A stretch of DNA of 64,000 bases, from contig CAVXGK010000001.1 in NCBI GenBank assembly GCA_963761305.1, positions 640,001-704,000 of the forward strand, written 5' to 3'. This document shows, piece after piece, positions 29,724-39,032 of this stretch. Within the stretch, counting starts at the first letter, position 1. Every line of letters starts with the position of its first letter. Source of the stretch: an uncultured Gemmatimonadaceae bacterium. Its GTDB lineage: Bacteria; Gemmatimonadota; Gemmatimonadetes; Gemmatimonadales; Gemmatimonadaceae. The position numbers were made by a program, and so were the translations under genes. A model generated the notes under the pieces. It searched no databases and had not been told where the DNA came from. It saw only the letters and a list, made by a program, of their open reading frames with translations.

Positions 29724-30662
29724 TCAGGGCTCGAACGCCTTGTCGGTGGACATCGCCAGCCACGCCCGTGCCGTTCGCTCGGTCGGCAGCCACGATGTCG
29801 GGTACGCCGGCAGCGCGCCCGCGTTCGCCGCACGAACGGAATTCGTATGCGCGTCGCCGACGAACCCCGACGCCTCGGCGAGCGGGCGAAGTCCCTCCTC
29901 TCCCATTCGCAGCGGAATCACGTCGTCGAAGAACATGATCGACAGGTCGCGAGAGCGCCCCACGATGTGCGCGGCGTTCGGCTCGGGCGCGAGCGCCCAG
30001 AGCGCGCCGCCGCGACGATTCAAATCGAACAAGCCCGTGATCGTGTTCACGCGCGATTCGAGATCCTTGCCGCCGATGAACAGCAGCGCGGGAATCGCTC
30101 GCGTCGCGCGAGGCGTGAGCGCGGTGTAGTAGATGCCGCCCTTGTTGACGACGAACGCGAGCACGCGCTCCGGCTTCCACGCCGCGAACTCGTAGTTGAA
30201 CTGTCCGCCGGCCGACATGCCCCAGAACAACAACGGCTCGCTCGTGAGCTCGGGGTGTTTCGAGCGTTCGGCGAGGTGCCCGAGCGCGTCGAGCAGCGCC
30301 TGGCCGCTACCGCGCGAGACGTTCACGTAGTCTTCGAGGAAATTCTGGTCGTGCGGCTTGTCGGTGAACCGGCAGGCGAGCAAGGCCAATCGCTGTTTCG
30401 TCGCGAAGGCCTGCCACACGGAATCCTCGGCCATGGCGCGGCCGTCGCCGTTCGAGCCCGGCACCAGCACCATCGTGCCTCGAAGCGTGGCCACCCCTGG
30501 CGGCGCCCAAAAACGGAATTGAGCCTTGTCGAAGTTCGCTCCGGGAGGGATCGTGTCCTCGAGCGTGGAAGTGCTCGGCGCTTGGGCCTCGATGGCGCGA
30601 TTCGCGGCGGAGAAAACGAGGAAGCCGGCGGCAAGCGCGCCAAATCTGCGGAGTCGAGTCAT
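29724..30662 (-). CDS. Secreted alpha/beta-hydrolase-like protein
   Basis: Signal peptide; nucleophile elbow WGMSAGG; candidate Asp (GGKD) and His (AAH). Confidence 0.65.
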   Translation of the reverse strand: MTRLRRFGALAAGFLVFSAANRAIEAQAPSTSTLEDTIPPGANFDKAQFRFWAPPGVATLRGTMVLVPGSNGDGRAMAEDSVWQAFATKQRLALLACRFTDKPHDQNFLEDYVNVSRGSGQALLDALGHLAERSKHPELTSEPLLFWGMSAGGQFNYEFAAWKPERVLAFVVNKGGIYYTALTPRATRAIPALLFIGGKDLESRVNTITGLFDLNRRGGALWALAPEPNAAHIVGRSRDLSIMFFDDVIPLRMGEEGLRPLAEASGFVGDAHTNSVRAANAGALPAYPTSWLPTERTARAWLAMSTDKAFEP

Positions 30663-30744
30663 CGGGATTGTCAGCGGAAGAGGGCGATCGGTAATTGTCA
30701 GTGGCGCGCGCGGCGCGCGCCAGAGGCACAGAGGAGAATAGAGC

Positions 30745-31656
30745 ATGCGTGTCGTGGTCGTCACATCGGCGTTGGTCGCGGCGCTGACTGGCGCGAGAGG
30801 GTGGCACACATCCGCGCCGCCGCGGACGCGCGTCGTCATGCTCGGCACGGGAACGCCCAATGCCGACCCGGAGCGATCGGGCCCAGCCGTGGCGATCGTC
30901 GTCGGGGACGACGCATATCTCGTGGACGCGGGCCCCGGCGTGGTGCGGCGGGCCGCGCAGGCCGCGCGCGATGACACGATCCCGGCGCTGGCGCCGCGAC
31001 GGCTGCGACGCGTGTTCATTACGCACCTGCACTCCGACCACACGACCGGGCTTCCCGATCTCATTCTCACGCCGTGGGTACTCGAACGCAGCGACCCACT
31101 CGAGGTCTATGGTCCGCGCGGCACGAAGCGAATGGTCGATCTGCTCGAGCAGGCCTATTCGGAAGACATCCAGATCAGGCTCACCGGCGGTGAACCGGCC
31201 AACAAGACCGGATACGCAGCCCTGGCGCACGACGTCGCGCCGGGCGTCGTCTACCGCGACAGCAACGTGACCGTGACCGCGTTCGAGGTTTCACACGGCA
31301 AGTGGGAGCAGGCGTTCGGCTATCGATTCCAGACGCGAGACCGGACGATCGTCCTTTCCGGGGACACGTCGCCGAATGACGCGATCGTCCGCGAGTGCAA
31401 CGGCTGCGACGTCCTCGTGCACGAGGTGTACTCGGCCGAGCAGTTCACGCACCGGACGCCCGTCTGGCAGCGCTATCATGCGGCGTATCATACGTCGACC
31501 GAGCAGCTGGCCGACATCGCCACTCGCGCTCGCCCCAAGCTGCTGGTCCTGTATCATCAGCTCTATTGGGGCGACGACGACGCGGCGCTGATTCGCCAGG
31601 TTCGCGCCAAATATCACGGCCGCGTGGTGTCGGCTCATGACCTCGGCGTGTATTGA
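30745..31656 (+). CDS. MBL-fold metallohydrolase (RNase Z/arylsulfatase-like)
   Basis: Motifs LGTGTP, VDAG, THLHSDH, SGDT, VHE and YHT. Confidence 0.88.
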   Translation: MRVVVVTSALVAALTGARGWHTSAPPRTRVVMLGTGTPNADPERSGPAVAIVVGDDAYLVDAGPGVVRRAAQAARDDTIPALAPRRLRRVFITHLHSDHTTGLPDLILTPWVLERSDPLEVYGPRGTKRMVDLLEQAYSEDIQIRLTGGEPANKTGYAALAHDVAPGVVYRDSNVTVTAFEVSHGKWEQAFGYRFQTRDRTIVLSGDTSPNDAIVRECNGCDVLVHEVYSAEQFTHRTPVWQRYHAAYHTSTEQLADIATRARPKLLVLYHQLYWGDDDAALIRQVRAKYHGRVVSAHDLGVY

Positions 31657-31743
31657 TCGCATCGGGCCCCGCGCACATCGGCGCTTGCTCCCCGGTCAGG
31701 CGCCGGCAGATTACGGTCGACGTTACACCAGGACGGAGGCGCG

Positions 31744-32955
31744 ATGATCAGTCGCCGGGAATTCGTGAAGACGACCGCCGCCGCGGGCGGCGCCTTGAGT
31801 CTGTCGGCGCCGCTCGCATCGGCGCTCGAGCTGACGACGCGAAACGCGGCCGGGCCGCGGCGCGTCGAACGCGCCGCGGCGTCGTTGAACATCCTGATCC
31901 TCGGCGGCACCGGCTTCACCGGTCCCGAGCAGGTCGAGTATGCGATCGCGCGAGGACATCGCGTGACACTCTTCAATCGCGGCAAGACGCGCCCCGGCCT
32001 CTTCAGAGGAAAAATCGCCGAAGAACTCACCGGTGATCTCAACAGCGACACGAGCGCCCTGAAAGACAAGACGTTCGACGTCGTCATCGACAATCCGACG
32101 ACGCTTCCACTCTGGGTAAAGAACGGCGCGCAATACCTCAAGGGAAACACCAAGCACTACATCTTCATCTCGACGACGTCGGTCTATCGGGATGAGAGCC
32201 AGATCGGTATCGACGAGGATAGTCCCACGGTGCCGATGCCCGCCGGCCTCGATCCATATCAGCCGGACCAGCGCAACCCGGCGCAGCTGGCAGCATCGGC
32301 CAACCCGGCGAACTACGGCGCGTTCAAGGCTCGCGCCGAAGTCGAAGTGCAGAGTCAATATCCGGGCATCAACACGATCATCCGGCCCTGCCTCATCGTC
32401 GGCCCCCTCGACCGGACGGATCGTTTCACGTATTGGCCCGCGCGCATCGACAAGGGTGGCGAGGTGCTCGCCCCGGACAAGCCCGAGGATCCCTGCCAGT
32501 TCATCGACTCGCGCGACCTGGCGGAATGGACGATTCGGATGGCGGAAGCACGCCAGTTTGGCACGTTCAACGCCATCGGGCCCGAGAAACCGCTGACCAT
32601 CGCCGAGATGCTCTATGGCGTGAAGGCGATCACGACGGCCGGCGCGCAGTTCACGTGGGTGCCGTGGGAGTTCTTGCGCGACCACGGTGTTCGTCCGTGG
32701 CGCCACATGACGGTGTGGCAACCGCCCTACGGCGCAACGGCCGGCTATCAGCGGCGCAACGCATCGAAGGCGATCGCCAACGGCTTGACCTTTCGGCCAC
32801 TCGCCGTGACCGCCAAGGACACGCTAGACTGGCACAAGACGCGTCCCGAGAAGGACCAACTGGCGACGCTCAACGGTGAAATCAACGGACTGCCAATGAC
32901 GAAAGAGGCGGAAGTGCTCGCGGCATGGAAAGCCGCACGTGCCGGAGACGCCTGA
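31744..32955 (+). CDS. Tat-signal NAD-dependent epimerase/dehydratase (atypical SDR)
   Basis: SRREFVK twin-arginine motif; GGTGFTG Rossmann motif; YGAFK. Confidence 0.85.
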   Translation: MISRREFVKTTAAAGGALSLSAPLASALELTTRNAAGPRRVERAAASLNILILGGTGFTGPEQVEYAIARGHRVTLFNRGKTRPGLFRGKIAEELTGDLNSDTSALKDKTFDVVIDNPTTLPLWVKNGAQYLKGNTKHYIFISTTSVYRDESQIGIDEDSPTVPMPAGLDPYQPDQRNPAQLAASANPANYGAFKARAEVEVQSQYPGINTIIRPCLIVGPLDRTDRFTYWPARIDKGGEVLAPDKPEDPCQFIDSRDLAEWTIRMAEARQFGTFNAIGPEKPLTIAEMLYGVKAITTAGAQFTWVPWEFLRDHGVRPWRHMTVWQPPYGATAGYQRRNASKAIANGLTFRPLAVTAKDTLDWHKTRPEKDQLATLNGEINGLPMTKEAEVLAAWKAARAGDA

Positions 32956-33341
32956 TGGCGGTTCCCGGATTCGTCAAAAACCACAAGCTGGCGTCCGCGC
33001 TCACGATCGTGATCGTCGTCCCGATCGTGGCCGTGACCGTGTGGACCTTGGCAGCGCTGAACTACACGTATTCGAGCGGCGAGCGCGCCGGGTTCCTTCA
33101 AAAAATCTCGAAGAAGGGGTGGATCTGCAAAACGTGGGAAGGCGAGATTCAGCTCAGCGCCATCCCTGGATCAGTCCCGGAGAAGTTCGACTTCACGGTT
33201 CGGTCGGATTCCATCGCCGCCGTGTTGAACAAGATGAACGGCGAACGCGTCGTCCTGAACTACGAGCAACACAAAGGTCTGCCGACGTCGTGCTTCGGCG
33301 AAACCGAATATTTTGTGACGGGAGCGCGACCCGTTCAGTGA
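32955..33341 (+). CDS. Membrane-anchored hypothetical protein
   Basis: One TM segment, then YSSGERAG..KKGWICKTWEGE with two Cys; coupled to the upstream stop (TGATG). Confidence 0.75.
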   Translation: MAVPGFVKNHKLASALTIVIVVPIVAVTVWTLAALNYTYSSGERAGFLQKISKKGWICKTWEGEIQLSAIPGSVPEKFDFTVRSDSIAAVLNKMNGERVVLNYEQHKGLPTSCFGETEYFVTGARPVQ

Positions 33342-33350
33342 GCGGGTCGC

Positions 33351-34778
33351 TCAGTTCCTCGCGAAGAGGAACTCCTGAATTTTTCCGTCCGGCGTTCGGT
33401 ACATCAGGCCGCGCGACGTCGCCTTGCCGACATCGAATACGACGGTCGCGACCTCCATGCCGCCGCGCTCGGACGTTCCGGCGACATGGATGTTGGTGAT
33501 TTTGCCCAGCGCGTTGAGCGCCGACTGTCCCTTTCGCACCTTGTCGGCGCTCAGGAAGTCGTTGAAGTCCTCGCCGAGTGTCGATCGGTCGACCGTGCCG
33601 CGTTCGAGCTCCATGAGGAATTTCGTCGCGGCGTCGAGGGCGGTGCGCCCCGCCACCGCCGGAACGTCGGGACTCCTGGGCATCAGCTTGGCGAGGAGCT
33701 CCTGATTCAGCGCGCCGATCGGCGAGAAATCCGTGTTGGAGAGCAGCACGACCGCCGAGTGGGTCGCCGGAATCACCGTGTTCGACGCCACGAACCCGCT
33801 CACCGCTCCCCCGTGTGACAGCACCACCGCCGGACCGCGGTCGTTGATCCCCTCACCGCATCCGTAACCGCTCGAGCGGCCGTCGGTCAGGCGCTGCGGT
33901 GTGACCATCACCTTGTAAGAGTCCTGCGATATGAGCTTGTGATCGATCAGCGCCAGGTCCCACGTCAGCAGGTCCGACGGCGTCGACCAGATGGCGCCGG
34001 CGGCGCCGGCCCAGCCGGCGGCCTCGGGCTCGACGGAGATCGGTTCGGACAAGCCGAACGACGTGTACCCTTTCGCCATGTCCGGGCGGCCGGCGGGTTC
34101 GAACGCCGTGCGGGTGAGCTTCAGCGGCGTCAGGATTCGATCCGACAGGAATTTCGCGTACGGCTCGCCGCTCACTTTCCCGATGACGCCGCCGAGGATG
34201 AGAAAACCGGTATTGCTGTACGAGTATCGCGAGCGCGGCTCGAAATCCAGCGGGCGCGTTGCGTATTCGTCGATGATCGCGTCGGCCGGTTGCGCCTTCT
34301 GCATCTCGCGATCCACGAAATCGAGCGGATAGTAGTCGCGATAGCCGGAGAGGTGCCCGCCGAGATCGATGAGCGTGATGTCCTTGGCGCGCGTGAGCCG
34401 CGGATAGTACTTCACGACGGGGTCGGTCAACGACAGCCGGTGCTCCTCGGCCAGCATGAGCAGGAGCGAGCAGGTGAACTGCTTGGTCACCGATCCGATG
34501 GCGAACATCGTGCGCGGCGTCACGGTGTCCTTCGTCGCGCGGTCCCGGACGCCGTAACCCTTGGCGAGGATCACGCGGCCGTTCTGCATCACCCCGACCG
34601 ACAGGCCGACGATTCCCTTCTCGGCCACGGCGCGCCGCACGATGCTGTCGATCTGCGTCGCACTGACGTCCTGCGCGCCGAGCGGCACGGCGAAAGGCGC
34701 GGCGAGGGCGCCGACGATGACCGAGCGAATCGCAAAACGGCGCGTCGCGACACGCGCCCGGCCCGTCGCGGCCATCAA
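33351..34778 (-). CDS. Beta-lactamase-family serine hydrolase
   Basis: SVTK (SxxK), YSN and HGG motifs; signal peptide. Confidence 0.9.
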   Translation of the reverse strand: MMAATGRARVATRRFAIRSVIVGALAAPFAVPLGAQDVSATQIDSIVRRAVAEKGIVGLSVGVMQNGRVILAKGYGVRDRATKDTVTPRTMFAIGSVTKQFTCSLLLMLAEEHRLSLTDPVVKYYPRLTRAKDITLIDLGGHLSGYRDYYPLDFVDREMQKAQPADAIIDEYATRPLDFEPRSRYSYSNTGFLILGGVIGKVSGEPYAKFLSDRILTPLKLTRTAFEPAGRPDMAKGYTSFGLSEPISVEPEAAGWAGAAGAIWSTPSDLLTWDLALIDHKLISQDSYKVMVTPQRLTDGRSSGYGCGEGINDRGPAVVLSHGGAVSGFVASNTVIPATHSAVVLLSNTDFSPIGALNQELLAKLMPRSPDVPAVAGRTALDAATKFLMELERGTVDRSTLGEDFNDFLSADKVRKGQSALNALGKITNIHVAGTSERGGMEVATVVFDVGKATSRGLMYRTPDGKIQEFLFARN

Positions 34779-35014
34779 CGGCGCGACTTGAGAAGATTCC
34801 CGATCCAGAGCAGCACGACCGCGCCGACCGACGCGAACACGATCGACCCGATGATGCCGGTGGCGTAGATGCCCAGCAGTCCGAACAGGAAACGGCCGAC
34901 GACGCCGCCCGCGATCCCGAGGATGAGATCCATGAAGAGGCCGTAGCCAGATCCCTTCATGAACTGCCCGGCGATGAACCCCGCGACGATTCCAACGATG
35001 ATGGCGATGATCAT
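34775..35014 (-). CDS. GlsB/YeaQ/YmgE (transglycosylase-associated) small membrane protein
   Basis: GIVAGFIA..G.GL..DLILGIAGGVVG..GAVVLL pattern. Confidence 0.9.
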   Translation of the reverse strand: MIIAIIVGIVAGFIAGQFMKGSGYGLFMDLILGIAGGVVGRFLFGLLGIYATGIIGSIVFASVGAVVLLWIGNLLKSRR

Positions 35015-35048
35015 GGCGCTCTAATTGAATGGTTCGAGGGTTGGCGCG

Positions 35049-36131
35049 CTACTCGCCTTTCAACTTCGTGAACTTGTCGTCGACGTCAGCCGAGACCAGC
35101 AGCGAATCGGAGATGCCGGCGATCTCCTCCGCTTCGCGCCACGCCGCCTCGAGGGACGCGAGCTCGCCGTGAAGCGCCGCCCGCTCGGCCTCTTCGTGGA
35201 GGGCCATCTCCAGCGCCAGACGCTGCACCGGATCGAGGGCAAAGATGCCGGTGTTCCAGTTGTTGGCGGAGTTCTTTTTCACGAACCGCGAGATGCGCCG
35301 TCCCGAACCGCGCGGCGTCCAGTCGCCGACGTCGGTCAAGCCGACGCGCGTGAGCACCCGCGACATCGAGGCGATGCGCTCCAAGAACTGCTCCGAGCCG
35401 CCGGCGTTCTCGATCTTCGACACCGCTTCGGCCACCGTTTTCTTCGAGCCGCCGAAACGATTCGCGGCGGGAATGATGCGCGACGCGACGTGCATCGCCT
35501 GTTCACCCTCGAACCGGGCCTGGCCGTTCTTGTAGCGAAGCGTTATCGCGAGCGGGGAGGTCTCGCCGCGCTCGATCGACGTCTCGAGCAGGTGGCGTCG
35601 CCGAACTTCCATCGGGTTGCCATTTGGGCCTTTGATGCGAGCGACGATCTGTTCCGATCTGCCGCGCACGAGGCCTTTCCCGGCGTTGCCGATCATCCAC
35701 GCGAAGCTGCCCACGCCGACGCCGACCATCGCGCCGCCCGCTATGACCGCCCCCAGCGCGCCCAGCCCCGCACCAACGATCGCGATCTGACGCACGCGGC
35801 GGCGCCCGAACTGGTCGCCATACCGCCACGCCGCGAATTCCGGTCGCAGCGGTTCGCCGATCCGAACGATCGTCGTTCCGTCGCGCATCTTCGCGAGACC
35901 GATGTTGTCGGTCGCCACGCGGCGGCGTGTGTCCCGGTACAACCGCTCGGCCTCTTCGATCGCCTCCCAGCGCTCCTCGAGGGGCGACAGGTTCCAGCGC
36001 TCGCAGTGGCGGCAGACCACCCACAGTCGGCCCTTCGCAGCATCGAACGCGAGGCGCCGGCCAACCGGGAACGTCTCGAACGTCTCGTTGCGGCCCAGGT
36101 CTTTCTGGCAGAAGAGACAGGTCGCGTACAT
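35049..36131 (-). CDS. Hypothetical protein with N-terminal CxxC..CxxC zinc ribbon and glycine-zipper-like membrane segment
   Basis: CLFC and CRHC pairs; central Gly-rich hydrophobic stretch; acidic helical C-terminus. Confidence 0.75.
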   Translation of the reverse strand: MYATCLFCQKDLGRNETFETFPVGRRLAFDAAKGRLWVVCRHCERWNLSPLEERWEAIEEAERLYRDTRRRVATDNIGLAKMRDGTTIVRIGEPLRPEFAAWRYGDQFGRRRVRQIAIVGAGLGALGAVIAGGAMVGVGVGSFAWMIGNAGKGLVRGRSEQIVARIKGPNGNPMEVRRRHLLETSIERGETSPLAITLRYKNGQARFEGEQAMHVASRIIPAANRFGGSKKTVAEAVSKIENAGGSEQFLERIASMSRVLTRVGLTDVGDWTPRGSGRRISRFVKKNSANNWNTGIFALDPVQRLALEMALHEEAERAALHGELASLEAAWREAEEIAGISDSLLVSADVDDKFTKLKGE

Positions 36132-36237
36132 AGCTCGGTGAAACCTATCGCGGGAACGGCCACCGAAGTTTCAATCAAGCAACGAGGCGGTAGACCAGTA
36201 GTGGCCTGCCGCCTCGCAGTCGACCGTGGAGAAACGC

Positions 36238-38151
36238 TTAGCGCACGTGCACCGGCACCGTGATGGTGGCTGGCGGCGGCGGAAAGTTGGGCGGCGGTGG
36301 CGGCGAGCCCGGCGGTGGCAGGAACGGCCCGAACCTGAGCGACATCTCTCCCGCCTTCTCCGGCGTGAACTCGAAGTCGTAGATCTCGCCGGGATCAAAG
36401 AGCAGTTTCGCCGCGCGGTTCGTCGCCTGCCCGGCCGGCAGGGTGGCTCCGTCCTTGGCGACCGCACGCCACTGGGCCAGCGCCTTGCCGTCATTGAGAC
36501 TCACCAACAGCGGTCCGTCGTCGCTGATGTTGATGAGGCGGAAGCGGTACCGGGTCCCTGCCTTGAGCGTCATCGGGCCCGGCTGTTTCTGCCCGTTCAT
36601 GAGATAGTCCGGAAACGGACCGACGACGACGTTGGTCGCGGGCCCGGCAACGCCAAACATGAGCACTCGATCGGTCTCGGGATCGTATTTCTGACCGGAG
36701 TCGAGCACGATGATCGGTCCGTAAAGTCCGGCCGTAATCTGTGTCGCCTCGTCGAAGTGCGAGTGATACATGAACGTTCCGGCGCGCGGCGGCGTGAATC
36801 GAACGGTGATCGAGTCGCCGGGAGGCACCGAAGGCAGCATGTGTCCGGTCGTTCCGGACCAATCGGGCACGCCGTCCGGATAGCTCTCCAGCTCGATGCC
36901 GTGCCAATGCACGGCCGCGCGTTCGTGCGCGCGGTTCACGAGCGTAATCGCAACCGGCTGATTTCGTTGGAGCACAAGCGCCGGTCCGGGCACCGGCATC
37001 GCCGACGAGTTGGCATCGTCCGGTGTTCCGCCCATCACGAACGAGAAGCCGGGGTGCTTCCCGTAGACGTTCGCCTTCTCTCGAATCGTCAACCGAATCG
37101 CGCGCGCGTTCGTCGGCGCGGTAGGCTGCGGGCCTCGCGGCGCGACGGTAAGGCCGAGCACGAGGCCGAACATCTGGTGCGGCCGGTCGGACATGTGGTG
37201 CGACAACATCGACGCGTCGAGCATGCCCTTGTCGGTATCGAGCTCAGCGTCCTGCGACAGGTGCGATGCGTAGTGGCAGTGGAAGATCCAGTTGCCGGGA
37301 CGCGACGGCAGCCACGCCAACGAAATCGTCTCGAACGGGTTCACGATCTGCGTCACCGCCATCCGTTGATCGGCCGTGCGGAACAGCGAGTCGGTGACGC
37401 CATTGCCCTTCGACGTCAGGCGGAAGTAGAACCCGTGCAGGTGCATCGGGTGATCGGCTTCCGTCAGGTTGATCACACGCCACCGCACGGAATCGCCCTG
37501 CGTGAGATCGATGCGCTCGGTGTGCGGCCACGAAAGCCCGTTGATCGCCATCGTCGAGCGGCCAAGTCCGGTCTTGCTCGTCGAGTCTACCGTGAACCAC
37601 CACGAGATCACGAACACGCGGTCCGTCGGCGTCGCGTTCGGCGGATCGACGACAACCGCGCCGTTGAGCTCGAAGTCACCGTCCGGCCGAGTTCCGAACG
37701 GTCCCACACCGCGGCGGCCGACGTAGTAGTAGGTGCCGGGAGTCGCCGCGGTGAACGAGACATTCACGCGACCGTTCGCAGGCACGATCACGCTGTCCGA
37801 CATGCCGCGCGTCTTCCCCAAGCCCGAAACGATCAGCGGCTTGGCGAGCGTGTTGTGAATCGTCGCGCGCACTTCGGTGCCGACAGGCACCCGGATCAAC
37901 GGCCCGGGATTCGTGAGCGGCTTTCCTTCCTCGGCGAACGCGGCGACCGGAATGGCTCGGCCATTCTCACCCTCGGGGCGCCACAGACCTTCGCGCGCCT
38001 CGAGCTTGACGGTGAACACTTTTCCGGCGAGGGATCCGGCGACATGCCGGTTGTCGTTCGCCGCGATGGATTCCGGCGCCCGCGACATAGCGGACGTGAC
38101 GGCCAGCAGCGCAAGAAACGGGGTGAGCCGGTACAGCGTGGTTCTCAGCAT
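36238..38151 (-). CDS. Multicopper oxidase-domain protein (atypical domain order)
   Basis: HPMHLHG and WIFHCHYASH come first, followed by VHWHG and MYHSH; signal peptide; Pro-rich tail. Confidence 0.85.
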   Translation of the reverse strand: MLRTTLYRLTPFLALLAVTSAMSRAPESIAANDNRHVAGSLAGKVFTVKLEAREGLWRPEGENGRAIPVAAFAEEGKPLTNPGPLIRVPVGTEVRATIHNTLAKPLIVSGLGKTRGMSDSVIVPANGRVNVSFTAATPGTYYYVGRRGVGPFGTRPDGDFELNGAVVVDPPNATPTDRVFVISWWFTVDSTSKTGLGRSTMAINGLSWPHTERIDLTQGDSVRWRVINLTEADHPMHLHGFYFRLTSKGNGVTDSLFRTADQRMAVTQIVNPFETISLAWLPSRPGNWIFHCHYASHLSQDAELDTDKGMLDASMLSHHMSDRPHQMFGLVLGLTVAPRGPQPTAPTNARAIRLTIREKANVYGKHPGFSFVMGGTPDDANSSAMPVPGPALVLQRNQPVAITLVNRAHERAAVHWHGIELESYPDGVPDWSGTTGHMLPSVPPGDSITVRFTPPRAGTFMYHSHFDEATQITAGLYGPIIVLDSGQKYDPETDRVLMFGVAGPATNVVVGPFPDYLMNGQKQPGPMTLKAGTRYRFRLINISDDGPLLVSLNDGKALAQWRAVAKDGATLPAGQATNRAAKLLFDPGEIYDFEFTPEKAGEMSLRFGPFLPPPGSPPPPPNFPPPPATITVPVHVR

Positions 38152-38427
38152 GATCGATCTCGCGCCTGTGGACAGGGGGACGAGCGCGGGGGGGGAGCCG
38201 CGTGAACGTATTTGGATTCAGGCGGCCACGCCAGTCGAGATCGGCGCTCCCGCGCGATACGAAGCTAGCTCGCGCGAACTGGCCGTACCCCGGTTCGACC
38301 CGTCTCGCGAACGGACCGACCCTCGGCCGACGTTCGAGTTTTGTGAAGTTTGTCGAGGTCCGGTATGGCCACTGGCACCGGCTCGCGGTCGCCGCGCAAA
38401 TACACGCATCCACTTTCCGGAGTCCGC

Positions 38428-39030
38428 GTGTCCACCACCTCTCGTATCGCGCGTCGGCGAATCACCCTAGTCGTCTCCGCCGCCGCCGTCCTCGCGATCG
38501 CCGTTCCGTCGAGCGTTCGCGCGCAACAACAGCAAGCGGAACAGGTCCTCGACGTCAAATCAGCGACGCACCTGCGCGCCGAGTACCTCGCGGACCTCGA
38601 CACGCTGCACGACAAGTTCGTCCAGCTGGCGAAGGCGATCCCGGCCGACAAGTACGAGTGGCGTCCGTCCGCCGATGTTCGCACGGTGGCACAAGTGCTC
38701 ATGCACGTCGCAACGGAGTACTACTTCTACACGCCGAGGTCGATCGGCGGGCAGCCGCCGGCCGACTACGGCACGCCGCGCGAAAAGAACGAAGCGCTCG
38801 AGAAGGTCACCGCCAAGGCGGAGGTGATCGATCACCTCGAAAAATCGTGGGCGCACGCCAAATCCCAGTTCGCCGCATCCGACGCTGTCAAGCTCACCGG
38901 CAGCTACCAGCCGTGGAACATGCCGCTCGATCGCGCCGCGTTCAGCATGGACGGCGACCTGCACGAGCACCTCGGCCAGCTGATCGCGTATGCGCGATCA
39001 GTTGGCGTGAAGCCCCCGTGGACGAAGTAG
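38428..39030 (+). CDS. DinB family protein with signal peptide
   Basis: WRPSADVRTVAQVLMH and HEHLGQLIAYAR motifs; GGAG RBS. Confidence 0.85.
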   Translation: MSTTSRIARRRITLVVSAAAVLAIAVPSSVRAQQQQAEQVLDVKSATHLRAEYLADLDTLHDKFVQLAKAIPADKYEWRPSADVRTVAQVLMHVATEYYFYTPRSIGGQPPADYGTPREKNEALEKVTAKAEVIDHLEKSWAHAKSQFAASDAVKLTGSYQPWNMPLDRAAFSMDGDLHEHLGQLIAYARSVGVKPPWTK

Positions 39031-39032
39031 TG

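Noticed and set aside
30745..34778. Antibiotic-resistance beta-lactamases (MBL-fold and SxxK genes)
   Set aside because: The motifs fit RNase Z/arylsulfatase-like and generic serine-hydrolase subfamilies; resistance cannot be inferred from them.
38152..38427. Possible DUF2946/RAPP-type leader peptide or tRNA-like element upstream of the multicopper oxidase
   Set aside because: There is no exact RAPP/RGPP motif in a credible ORF with CxxC, and the GGTTCGA at about 38292 has no T-stem or cloverleaf.
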